A model generated the notes under the pieces. That model did no database searches. It had not been told where the DNA came from and saw nothing but the letters and a program-made list of their open reading frames with translations. A program made the translations under genes and the position numbers. 64,000 bases of DNA from an uncultured Candidatus Saccharibacteria bacterium. Its GTDB lineage: Bacteria; Patescibacteriota; Saccharimonadia; Saccharimonadales; EFPC-124. Of this stretch, positions 8,912 through 17,760 are shown piece after piece (the stretch's first letter is position 1; each line of letters opens with the position of its first letter). The stretch lies in assembly GCA_964550035.1 (NCBI GenBank), contig CAZJVU010000001.1:83990-147989 (forward strand), read 5' to 3'.

Positions 8912-11356
8912 ATGAAACTCAAATCGTCACGTCGATCAAGCATTCGTCGTCCTAGTTCTGTCGCTGGTGGGCAGCGGGGCGGCCGTATTGGAAATTTGAT
9001 AGCCGCGTATCGTCGGCTACCTCTCTGGAAAAAGATATTTGTCATTGTTTGGCCAACGGTCATTCTGTTGGTATTTGTTGCGGTCATTACGACTATTTCG
9101 TTCGCGAGTGCACTCGGTAGCAAAGAAGCACTGATGAACCGAAACAACACCGGTGTGACGCTGCTCGATCGCAATGGTAAAGTCTTTTATACATTCAATA
9201 ACGCGCACAATGACACCTACGTTCAGCTGAAAGATATTGCGCCAATCGCACAGAAAGCCGTTGTGTCGTCAGAGGACAAAGACTTTTACAAGCATCCAGG
9301 CTTCTCGGTTGCGGGTATCGCGAATGCGCTGCTACAGAACGTCACTCATGGCGGCGGTGCTGGCGGTGGCTCGACACTGACACAGCAGTTGGTCAAGAAC
9401 GCCTTGCTCAGCCAGGAGCGAAGTATTTTCCGTAAGTATCAGGAGCTCGTGCTGTCCATTGAAGTCGAGCGTCGGTACTCCAAGGATGAAATCCTCGAAA
9501 TGTATCTGAATTCGGTTTACTTTGGCGAAGGTGCGTTCGGCATTGAGGACGCGGCCAAGACGTACTTTGGTAAGTCCGCCAAAGATCTCGATAACGCCCA
9601 AGCGGCCATGTTGATTGGTCTATTGCCAGCGCCGAGTGTGTATTCGCCAATTTCGGGTGATGAGCATAAGGCAAAGGTCCGCCAAGATTATGTGCTTGGA
9701 CGAATGCAAGAGGACGGTATCCTGAACGCTGATCAAGCAACTGCTGCCGAAGGCGAGCAGCTCAGTTATCAGCCTGCCAAGGCCGAGGAAGCGCCAGAAG
9801 CGCCGCACTTTGCACTCATGGTTAAGCAATGGCTTGAGGATAAGTATGGTGAAGAAAAAGTCGCTCGCTCGGGCTACAAAGTGACAACCACGCTCGATCT
9901 CGACGCACAGTCCAAAGCACAGGCCGCCGTACAGAACCAGGTCAATCGCTTGGCGACAAGTAAGGTGAGTAACGGTAGTGCAGTCGTGATGGACCCGCGC
10001 TCGGGTGAGGTATTGGCCCTCGTAGGTAGCGCCGACTGGAGCAATAATACCTTTGGTAAGGTAAATATGGCCACGGCCAGCCGCCAGCCTGGTTCGTCGT
10101 TCAAGCCATTTGTCTATGCCACGGGTATTCAGAACCGGCAGATGACTGGTGCAACAATCTTCTCTGATACACCGCAAGATTTTAGTGGCTACAAGCCAAA
10201 AGATTACGACCTGCGATACCGTGGCGATGTCACACTTCGCCGTGCGCTGAGTAACTCGCTGAACATCCCGGCCATTGAGGCAATGCAGAAGGTTGGCATC
10301 AATAACGTCATCCAAAACGCCAAAGCCGCTGGGCTGACCACGCTCGACAAGACGGCTGACCAATATGGTTTGCCGCTGGCGCTCGGTAGTGGTCAGGCTA
10401 AGCTGATCGAGATGACGAGTGCTTACGGCGCGTTTGCCAGCGAAGGTAACCACGCACAAACTCAAATGGTGCTGAATATTGTGAACAAAGACAAGCAGAA
10501 GATCTACGAAGAAAAAGTCTCGAGCAATTCGGTGTGGTCGTCTGGCACGGCGTATATCATGTCGAATATATTGTCCGACAACAGCGCGCGTTCAGAGATC
10601 TTTGGCAGTAGCTTGACCGTCTCCGCCAACCGCCCTGTCGCTGTCAAAACAGGTACGACCGAGGATTACCGCGATGCCTGGACGATCGGCTACACGCCAA
10701 GCCTCGCTATCGGCGTCTGGATTGGTAACAACGACAACAGCCAGATGAGCTCGGTCGCCGGGTCGAGCGGTTCGGGTCCGATATGGCTTAGCCTAATGCG
10801 CCAGTTACTGACAAATAAAGCTGTCGAGAAATTCAACCAGCCTTCAACCGTTGTCTCGCATGACGTCTGTAAGAATAACGGTGCACTCGCGCAAACATCG
10901 GGTAGCAACACCTACAGCGAAGTGTTCCTCAGCGGCACGCTCCCGACGACGACCTGCAACGAAGCCAAGCAAGAACAAAAGCAAGATACAACGCCGCAAA
11001 ACCAACAAGAGCAGCAAACCAAAGAAGACACCAGCATTCCAACCGTTCCAACCGGGCTCTCAGCAACGCCAGGCATCACCACCATCTCGCTATCATGGAA
11101 CGCAAGTAGAGATGATACTGGTGTCACGGGCTACCGAGTGTATCGCAATGGCGCTTTGGTCACAACCGTCACAACGCCAACTTATAAAGACACCGGCCTC
11201 ACGCCGCTCACCAAGTACAATTACTACGTCGTCGCTGTTGATGCGGCAGGCAATATGTCGCAGCAGAGCTCAACAGCTACCGCAACAACAACCGCCGATA
11301 GCGGCAACGGTAATGGAAACGGCGGCGGTAATGGCGGCGTGACGCCGAATCAGTAA
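8912..11356 (+). CDS. class A penicillin-binding protein (glycosyltransferase + transpeptidase) with C-terminal fibronectin type III domain
   Basis: GT51 motifs EDKDFYKHPG, GGSTLTQQLVKN and RKYQELVLSIEVERRYSK. Transpeptidase motifs SSFKP and KTGT. FN3-like tail LSWNASRDDTGVTGYRVYRNG. Confidence 0.92.
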   Translation: MKLKSSRRSSIRRPSSVAGGQRGGRIGNLIAAYRRLPLWKKIFVIVWPTVILLVFVAVITTISFASALGSKEALMNRNNTGVTLLDRNGKVFYTFNNAHNDTYVQLKDIAPIAQKAVVSSEDKDFYKHPGFSVAGIANALLQNVTHGGGAGGGSTLTQQLVKNALLSQERSIFRKYQELVLSIEVERRYSKDEILEMYLNSVYFGEGAFGIEDAAKTYFGKSAKDLDNAQAAMLIGLLPAPSVYSPISGDEHKAKVRQDYVLGRMQEDGILNADQATAAEGEQLSYQPAKAEEAPEAPHFALMVKQWLEDKYGEEKVARSGYKVTTTLDLDAQSKAQAAVQNQVNRLATSKVSNGSAVVMDPRSGEVLALVGSADWSNNTFGKVNMATASRQPGSSFKPFVYATGIQNRQMTGATIFSDTPQDFSGYKPKDYDLRYRGDVTLRRALSNSLNIPAIEAMQKVGINNVIQNAKAAGLTTLDKTADQYGLPLALGSGQAKLIEMTSAYGAFASEGNHAQTQMVLNIVNKDKQKIYEEKVSSNSVWSSGTAYIMSNILSDNSARSEIFGSSLTVSANRPVAVKTGTTEDYRDAWTIGYTPSLAIGVWIGNNDNSQMSSVAGSSGSGPIWLSLMRQLLTNKAVEKFNQPSTVVSHDVCKNNGALAQTSGSNTYSEVFLSGTLPTTTCNEAKQEQKQDTTPQNQQEQQTKEDTSIPTVPTGLSATPGITTISLSWNASRDDTGVTGYRVYRNGALVTTVTTPTYKDTGLTPLTKYNYYVVAVDAAGNMSQQSSTATATTTADSGNGNGNGGGNGGVTPNQ

Positions 11357-11820
11357 TGAAAATGAAAGCACCTGACTTTACCCTCCTCGATCAAGATGGT
11401 CGCCAGCGCAGCCTCGCCGACTATAAAGGCTCGTGGCTGGTATTGTACTTTTACCCCAAGGACGATACGCCAGGATGTACAACAGAAGCGTGTGCGTTTC
11501 GCGACGAGCGAGAGGTCATTGCCGAGCACGGCGCGGAAATCGTCGGTATCAGTAAGGATAGCGTGAAAAGCCACAAGAAATTTGCCGAGAAGTACGGGCT
11601 GAACTTTACATTACTCAGCGACGAAGATCACGCCGTGATCGAAGCGTATGGTGCGTGGGCACCGAAGAAGATGTTTGGGCGTGAGTTCATCGGCACGCTG
11701 CGCAGGACGTTCATCATCGACCCGCATGGTGAGATCGTCCGCGAATATCCCGATGTGACGCCGAAGGAACACGCATTGCAGATCATCCATGATCTCGAGA
11801 CCTTAAAAGCGGCAGCGTAA
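11356..11820 (+). CDS. bcp: thiol peroxidase Bcp (peroxiredoxin)
   Basis: APDFTLLDQDG..WLVLYFYPKDDTPGCTTEA active-site motif. Confidence 0.92.
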   Translation: MKMKAPDFTLLDQDGRQRSLADYKGSWLVLYFYPKDDTPGCTTEACAFRDEREVIAEHGAEIVGISKDSVKSHKKFAEKYGLNFTLLSDEDHAVIEAYGAWAPKKMFGREFIGTLRRTFIIDPHGEIVREYPDVTPKEHALQIIHDLETLKAAA

Positions 11821-11859
11821 CTGGTCAGTCGACTGCATAAATGCTAAAGTAACAGTAGT

Positions 11860-14499
11860 ATGTGCGGAATTGCTGGTTATTGTCATCTTGAAAACGGATC
11901 CGAAAAACTCCTAAAGTCCATGAATGCCTCGCAGGCCCACCGCGGTCCTGACGGCGAGGGCTATTACGTGGATGGGTCGATTGGTCTAGCGCAGCTGCGT
12001 CTGGCTATTATCGACCGCGAACACGGCGTACAGCCGCTGTATAACAAAGACAAATCACTCGTGATCGTCTATAACGGTGAGGTCTACAACTACCGTGAGC
12101 TCCGCACAGAACTCGAAGCCGAAGGGCATGAGTTTGCCACGCAGTCGGACACCGAAGTTGTGCTCCAAGCCTACGCCGCCTGGGGTACTGCCGCATTCGA
12201 CAAACTCAATGGCATGTTTGCGCTGGCTATCCACGACAAGAAGGCCGACAAGCTCGTCCTGGCGCGCGACCATTTCGGCATCAAGCCGCTGTATGTGGCG
12301 CGACCAGCAAAAGGTCAGCTCATGTTCGCTTCAGAGATCAAACCACTTATCGAATCTGGTCTTATCGAGAAAAAACCAAATGACCGCGCTATCTACCGCT
12401 ATCTTCGTTTCCGCATCCACGAAGACTCGAGTGAGACGTTCTTTGCTGGCATCACCAAGCTGATGCCGGGCGAAGTCCTCGAAATCACCAAAGACGGTGA
12501 GAAACTCAGTAGCTTCACAACGCTCAAAGACGACCTCAAACGCTTGGCGAGCGAAAACAACCCATACAGCGCCGACGCAGCCGCAGAGTACAAAAAGCGT
12601 CTGATGGAGTCGATCAAAGTCCGTCTGCAAAGCGAAGTGCCAGTTGGTACCAGCTTCTCTGGTGGGCTCGACAGTTCGACTGTCGTCGCGGTCATCAACC
12701 AGCTCATGAAGGATGACAAAGGTTCGACTGCATCAGTCGGCGCGCGCCAGAACACTTTCAGCGCTATCTTCCCTGGCTCGGCCAATGACGAAGAAAAATA
12801 CGTCGACTCGCTACTCCAGCGTGTTGGCGACAGCGTCACGGCGCACAAGATCAAGCCCGACGCCGACACATTCGTGAAGGATCTCGAAGATTTCATCCGT
12901 ACCCAGGAAGAACCACTCATCAGCACTGGACCATACGCTCAGTACAAGGTTATGCAAGAAGCAACCAACCACGTCACCGTTCTACTGGATGGCCAGGGCG
13001 CCGACGAGACAATGGCTGGCTATATCCCGTATTACTTCGTGTACCTCAGACAGCTGAAGGCACGGGGCGAGTGGGGCAAGCTGATCAGCGAGATCATCAG
13101 CAGCTCTGATATTTTCTATCGCTTCGCCAAAGTAAACCTCCGCGAGCGGATCCTCCGCAAGACGCCAGTCCGCGTGGCCCAGCTCATGAACCGCGAATTC
13201 AGCACAAAGTTTGCCGACGAGAAGTTCGTGACCACGCCGGACAATCTCAAGCTCCGTCTTGTCGAGGACACATTCAGCAACAGCCTGCCGTCGCTCCTGC
13301 GCTACGAAGATAAAAACACCATGCGCTTCAGCCTGGAAGGTCGTGTGCCATTCCTCGACAAAGACGTGCTGAAGTTCCTCTTTGCGCTGGACGACGAGTC
13401 GATCATCAAGGGCGGCTGGAACAAACGCATCTTGCGCGACGCCACTCGTGACTTACTACCACCGATGATCAACCGCCGGCGCAACAAGATCGGCTTCACG
13501 ACTCCAGAGCACGAATGGTTTATGCGCCTCAAGAATCGCTTCTACGGCATATTCCTGAGCGAAGAGTTCGTCAACCGACCGTACTGGGATGCACAGGCAG
13601 TCGCCGAAGCGTTCGAAGGATTTATCAAAGGCAAGAACGACAGCAACAGCTTGCTGTACTGGCGATTCCTGAACGTCGAACTCTGGCTGCGCGAGTTCTT
13701 TGACGAGAAGAAAGACGAAGAGCCCGTGCACGAGAAGGGCGAGCTCGAACCAAACGAAGGCAAGCAGCTCGATATCACAGCCGGCGGTGCAGAATATCGC
13801 CGCTATCCGCTGCGCACCGACTTCGTGACGGCTAAGGACAACTTGCAGGAGTTTGTCACGGCTCGGGTCAGCAAATTCTTCGAAAATCTCAGTTCCGACA
13901 AAGCGCATGCTGAGTACAAAACACACGATTGGTACTTCCTCATCAGCGAAAAGATTGTCGCCATCACACAAGGTCGTAGCTACTTTGTATGGGATATTAC
14001 GCCAGGCTGGTGGGCGCGGTTCCTGAGCAAGCGCGTGACCAAGACGCCGTATGGCATTGGTTTGGGCAGTCCATGGACAATGCAGCTTGCCATCCAGGAA
14101 GTGGGCTTGCCAAAGATTCTGTATGCCTCAATCGGCGGCGCCATTGGCAAGATGATCGGTAAGCGCGGCACATTCTATAATCTCGTGGGCAGCGACATCC
14201 GCGCCATCGACGGCCCGACCGAATATTCAGTCTACCCCAGTAATGTCAGTGCTAAGCTTGCACCGAAAGACCCTGACCTTGTTTCGCAGCAGCTTGCTGA
14301 CGCCATTCGTGCGGCCGTCCCAAAGACAGCAGCTGAGCATTTCAAAGGCGTGGTCGTGATCGATAGCAACGACATCGGCCGCAATGTCTTGGGTCAAAAC
14401 ACGGGCGAGGACGAGAAGCTTTTCGAAGATATCTTTGGCGACAATCCGCTCGGACAGGCCGATCAGCGAACGCCGCTTTGCATTGTATTTAAGAAATAG
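11860..14499 (+). CDS. asnB: asparagine synthase (glutamine-hydrolysing) fused to a C-terminal CofE-like (F420-0:gamma-glutamyl ligase fold) domain
   Basis: MCGIAGY Ntn nucleophile and SGGLDSS PP-loop. The last ~250 aa carry ISEKIVAITQGR, IRAIDGP, VVVIDSNDIGRN and LGQADQRTPLCIV, collinear with CofE motifs. Confidence 0.8.
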   Translation: MCGIAGYCHLENGSEKLLKSMNASQAHRGPDGEGYYVDGSIGLAQLRLAIIDREHGVQPLYNKDKSLVIVYNGEVYNYRELRTELEAEGHEFATQSDTEVVLQAYAAWGTAAFDKLNGMFALAIHDKKADKLVLARDHFGIKPLYVARPAKGQLMFASEIKPLIESGLIEKKPNDRAIYRYLRFRIHEDSSETFFAGITKLMPGEVLEITKDGEKLSSFTTLKDDLKRLASENNPYSADAAAEYKKRLMESIKVRLQSEVPVGTSFSGGLDSSTVVAVINQLMKDDKGSTASVGARQNTFSAIFPGSANDEEKYVDSLLQRVGDSVTAHKIKPDADTFVKDLEDFIRTQEEPLISTGPYAQYKVMQEATNHVTVLLDGQGADETMAGYIPYYFVYLRQLKARGEWGKLISEIISSSDIFYRFAKVNLRERILRKTPVRVAQLMNREFSTKFADEKFVTTPDNLKLRLVEDTFSNSLPSLLRYEDKNTMRFSLEGRVPFLDKDVLKFLFALDDESIIKGGWNKRILRDATRDLLPPMINRRRNKIGFTTPEHEWFMRLKNRFYGIFLSEEFVNRPYWDAQAVAEAFEGFIKGKNDSNSLLYWRFLNVELWLREFFDEKKDEEPVHEKGELEPNEGKQLDITAGGAEYRRYPLRTDFVTAKDNLQEFVTARVSKFFENLSSDKAHAEYKTHDWYFLISEKIVAITQGRSYFVWDITPGWWARFLSKRVTKTPYGIGLGSPWTMQLAIQEVGLPKILYASIGGAIGKMIGKRGTFYNLVGSDIRAIDGPTEYSVYPSNVSAKLAPKDPDLVSQQLADAIRAAVPKTAAEHFKGVVVIDSNDIGRNVLGQNTGEDEKLFEDIFGDNPLGQADQRTPLCIVFKK

Positions 14500-14545
14500 T
14501 TTTGACATACTGGCTAGGTCCGACGCGTTGGATTTGGAGGGTCGC

Positions 14546-14842
14546 ATGTCCCAGAAAGTGTTCGAATACATCGGCATCACACTGGAGGTGTCGTATGCGG
14601 AAGAGCGTGAGCTCGATGTGCGTGACGTATTCGACAACGGGAGTCGCTTGAGTTTCGAGGGCGGGAAGTTCATCATCGACTTCGTCCTTCGGGTGGTCCT
14701 GGAAGAGCGTGGCGCCAGGCTGGCGTACCGAGTCCTCGAAGGGAAGACGGAGGTCTTCGCCGTAAGTGGGAGCGGCAGTCGCTCCTACCGTGGTGGTACG
14801 CGTAGGGGGACGGTGCTCGGCACTGTGGGCTTTGGTTTCTAG
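14546..14842 (+). CDS. hypothetical protein (elevated-GC3 unit 3)
   Basis: GGAGGG SD 6 nt before the ATG at 14546. The track ORF start at 14384 overlaps asnB and is rejected. Hairpin follows. Confidence 0.5.
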   Translation: MSQKVFEYIGITLEVSYAEERELDVRDVFDNGSRLSFEGGKFIIDFVLRVVLEERGARLAYRVLEGKTEVFAVSGSGSRSYRGGTRRGTVLGTVGFGF

Positions 14843-14850
14843 CTCGGACG

Positions 14851-14886
14851 AGTCGCTCAGCCCCAGATTCTCGGGGCTGAGCGACT
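14851..14886 (+). terminator. hairpin terminator
   Basis: Perfect 14-bp stem AGTCGCTCAGCCCC/GGGGCTGAGCGACT. Confidence 0.65.
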
Positions 14887-14932
14887 ACAGCAACAAGGTG
14901 GTTTTCCGCCTTGCGGATGATACAATGAACTT

Positions 14933-15304
14933 ATGGTAATCGTTGCGCTCTTTTCGTGGTGGTACACCGCCGGGTGGGCCCAGTTGGGTAGGCGCGCCGT
15001 CTTGCGTATCGCTGGGGTGCTCGATTTCTTCTCGGTCGGGTTGTTGCTGAAGAGCCTGTTTGCGCCATTCCGGCAAATATCGGTCGGACGCGTACAGGGC
15101 TCACTTGATACACAAGTTCGTGCGTGGGCTGATCGGCAGATTTCGCGTGGTATTGGTGCGATGGTGCGACTTGGCGTTATTTTGTTTGGGCTGATCGCGA
15201 CTGTGCTGATGGTTATCGTGGCTGTGGCGCTGCTTGTGCTGTGGCCGTTGGTGCCCTTTGTGCCGATTATCGTAACGGTGCTGGTGGTGGGGACGCACGT
15301 ATGA
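14933..15304 (+). CDS. small integral membrane protein
   Basis: Three or four hydrophobic helices. Stop overlaps the next start (ATGA). Confidence 0.6.
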   Translation: MVIVALFSWWYTAGWAQLGRRAVLRIAGVLDFFSVGLLLKSLFAPFRQISVGRVQGSLDTQVRAWADRQISRGIGAMVRLGVILFGLIATVLMVIVAVALLVLWPLVPFVPIIVTVLVVGTHV

Positions 15305-17760
15305 ACCAAGGCATGTTCGACTACCGCTCGGCGCGTGCACAGAAGGCACGATTTGGCGTACTCCTGGGGACCAAGCCGGTAAAATTATCGCTGATGGCGG
15401 CTGTCGCGGGGTTGTTTCTGCTGGGCGCGGTAATTGTGGTCGTGGCGCTCCAGCCGGTCGGTGTGATCGTTGCGAGTTTGGCGGTTTGGCCGCTCATGCT
15501 GCTCATTTGGCACAAATACGAACTCGACGATCTCCATCCGCTAAAGGAAGCGCAACCAACAATGCACGGTCAACTCAGCGGTGATGTTCTGGGGCGGCTC
15601 GGCGCAAACCCCTCACCGCAACAGATCGCTGACGTGGTAATGAGCTTGAACGGTGGGCTGTTCTTTGTGACTCGGTTTGGGGTGGGGCCGAACTTTCTGA
15701 CCGAGCTGAGTAGTCATTTGCCTGAAAGCACGGAGGTTATTTGGAAGCGAGCGCTTGAGCTCCGCGATAAGTACCGAGCTGAAAGCGTCGATGCTGCCAC
15801 GCTCCTGACTGCACTTGTCGAGCAAATTCCTGGAAACGACCAGATACTTGCTCATCTCCAGCTCAGTCCGGACGATATCGAGGCTGGCCTGGGATGGTAT
15901 CAACACATCCGACATATCGTAAAGACACATGGCACGAAGGAACAAACAGGCGGTATTGGTCGCGACTGGGCCTTCGGGTATACGCCAATGCTGAGTCGAT
16001 TTGCCTTGAACGTATCTGAAAGCGTGTCGGGCGGGCTGCTGACGCGTGACCTCGAAGGACACCAAGAAGTTATCGGGCAAGTCACCAAGCTGTTGGCCGG
16101 TGGCGGCCGTCAGAACGCGGTGTTGGTGGGGCCAACCGGTGTCGGCAAGACGACGCTCGTGTATGCACTGGCCGAGCGACTTATCAACCCGTCGCCTGAG
16201 CTGCCGCAGAGTTTACGCTACCGCCAAGTAATGGCGCTGGACCCGGCAAGTCTTATCGCTCAAGCCCGGGGAAGGGGCGAGCTCGAAAACCTCGTGCAAG
16301 GATTGTTCGTTGAGGCGCTCAAAGCCAAGAACGTCGTGCTCTTCCTGGATGATGCGCAGCTGTTTCTTCAGGAGGGCACTGGTTCGGTTGACCTCAGTAA
16401 TTTGCTTCTGCCGATTCTGGAAGGTGGTGGCCTGCGAATTATTCTAGCCATGGACGAACAGCGCTGGCTACAGCTCTCGCAGACCAACCCGGCGCTGACG
16501 CAGTATATGAACCGCATCACCGTCGCGCCGCTTGGCAAAGACGACACGTTGCTTGTGCTGCAAGATCAATTGCTCATCCTCGAATTCCGCAACAACGTGA
16601 CGTATATGTATCAGTCGCTGGAGGAGGCCTATCGCTTGGGTGACCGTTACGTGCAAGACCGCGCGATGCCGGGTCAGGCCATCAGCTTACTCGAAGCCGC
16701 GGCGCAGCAGACGACGAACGGCCTGGTGACGGCGAGCTCAATCCAGCAAGCGGTTGAAAAGACTTTTGGCGTGAAGGTTGGGAATGCCAACGCCGCCGAC
16801 GAGCGCACCAAGCTTCTTAACCTCGAGCAACTTATCCACGAGCGGATGATCAATCAAGTCCGTGCCGTCAATGTCGTGAGTAGCGCGCTTCGTCGCGCCC
16901 GTGCTGGTGTGCGCAACCAAGATAGACCGATCGGTACGTTCCTGTTTCTTGGGCCAACTGGTGTCGGTAAGACTGAGCTGAGCAAAGCACTTGCTTCGGT
17001 GTACTTCGGTGGTGAGGATCGACTGGTACGTCTGGATCTCAACGAATTCTCTCGCCCCGATGACGTTACGCGATTAATCGCCGACGGCGCGCATGACCCG
17101 AACGGCCTGGCTGCGCAGATCGCCAAGCAGCCATTCAGCGTTGTGTTGCTTGACGAGATCGAAAAGGCGCACCCGAACGTGCTCAATACGCTCCTGCAGC
17201 TGCTGGATGAAGGCGTGCTGCGCGATATCAATAACCGCGCCGTGAGCTTCAAGGATGCGATTGTTATCGCGACAAGTAACGCCGGCGCTGACCGAATTCG
17301 TCAGTATATCGATGCGGGGTGGAAGCTGGAGCAGTTCGAGGAGAAGTTTGTGAATGAACTCATCGATTCTGGTCAGTTCAAACCTGAGTTCCTGAACCGC
17401 TTCGACGAAATTGTTGTCTTCCGTCCGCTCAACCAAGATGAGTTGCTGCAAGTGCTTGACCTCATTGTCGCGAGTATTAACAAGACGCTCGCGCTGCAGA
17501 AAGTCACGGTGCATGTCGCCGACGATGCCAAAAAGATGCTCGTAAGCGCCGGATACGACCCACGCCTGGGCGCGCGTCCGATGCGCCGTATTGTGCAGCG
17601 AAGTATCGAGGATATCGTGGCCAAGCGTATGCTTTCGGGTACCGTCATGCCGGGCACGGCTATGGATATTACACTCGCCGACGTACAGGCCGCGCTCAAT
17701 CAAAACGGCGAGCCTGCGCCCGCCGCCCCCCCCGAAAACTCAGCCGTAATTACGCGCTGA
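15301..17760 (+). CDS. membrane-anchored Clp/Hsp100-family double AAA+ ATPase
   Basis: Two N-terminal TM helices. D1 has GPTGVGKTT with VLFLDDAQ; D2 has GPTGVGKTELSKALA with VVLLDEIEKAH. ATG at 15301 makes an ATGA overlap with the upstream gene. Confidence 0.85.
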   Translation: MNQGMFDYRSARAQKARFGVLLGTKPVKLSLMAAVAGLFLLGAVIVVVALQPVGVIVASLAVWPLMLLIWHKYELDDLHPLKEAQPTMHGQLSGDVLGRLGANPSPQQIADVVMSLNGGLFFVTRFGVGPNFLTELSSHLPESTEVIWKRALELRDKYRAESVDAATLLTALVEQIPGNDQILAHLQLSPDDIEAGLGWYQHIRHIVKTHGTKEQTGGIGRDWAFGYTPMLSRFALNVSESVSGGLLTRDLEGHQEVIGQVTKLLAGGGRQNAVLVGPTGVGKTTLVYALAERLINPSPELPQSLRYRQVMALDPASLIAQARGRGELENLVQGLFVEALKAKNVVLFLDDAQLFLQEGTGSVDLSNLLLPILEGGGLRIILAMDEQRWLQLSQTNPALTQYMNRITVAPLGKDDTLLVLQDQLLILEFRNNVTYMYQSLEEAYRLGDRYVQDRAMPGQAISLLEAAAQQTTNGLVTASSIQQAVEKTFGVKVGNANAADERTKLLNLEQLIHERMINQVRAVNVVSSALRRARAGVRNQDRPIGTFLFLGPTGVGKTELSKALASVYFGGEDRLVRLDLNEFSRPDDVTRLIADGAHDPNGLAAQIAKQPFSVVLLDEIEKAHPNVLNTLLQLLDEGVLRDINNRAVSFKDAIVIATSNAGADRIRQYIDAGWKLEQFEEKFVNELIDSGQFKPEFLNRFDEIVVFRPLNQDELLQVLDLIVASINKTLALQKVTVHVADDAKKMLVSAGYDPRLGARPMRRIVQRSIEDIVAKRMLSGTVMPGTAMDITLADVQAALNQNGEPAPAAPPENSAVITR

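Noticed and set aside
9620-10465. 281-aa ORF antisense to the PBP gene
   Set aside because: Shadow ORF inside a gene with clear GT51 and transpeptidase motifs.
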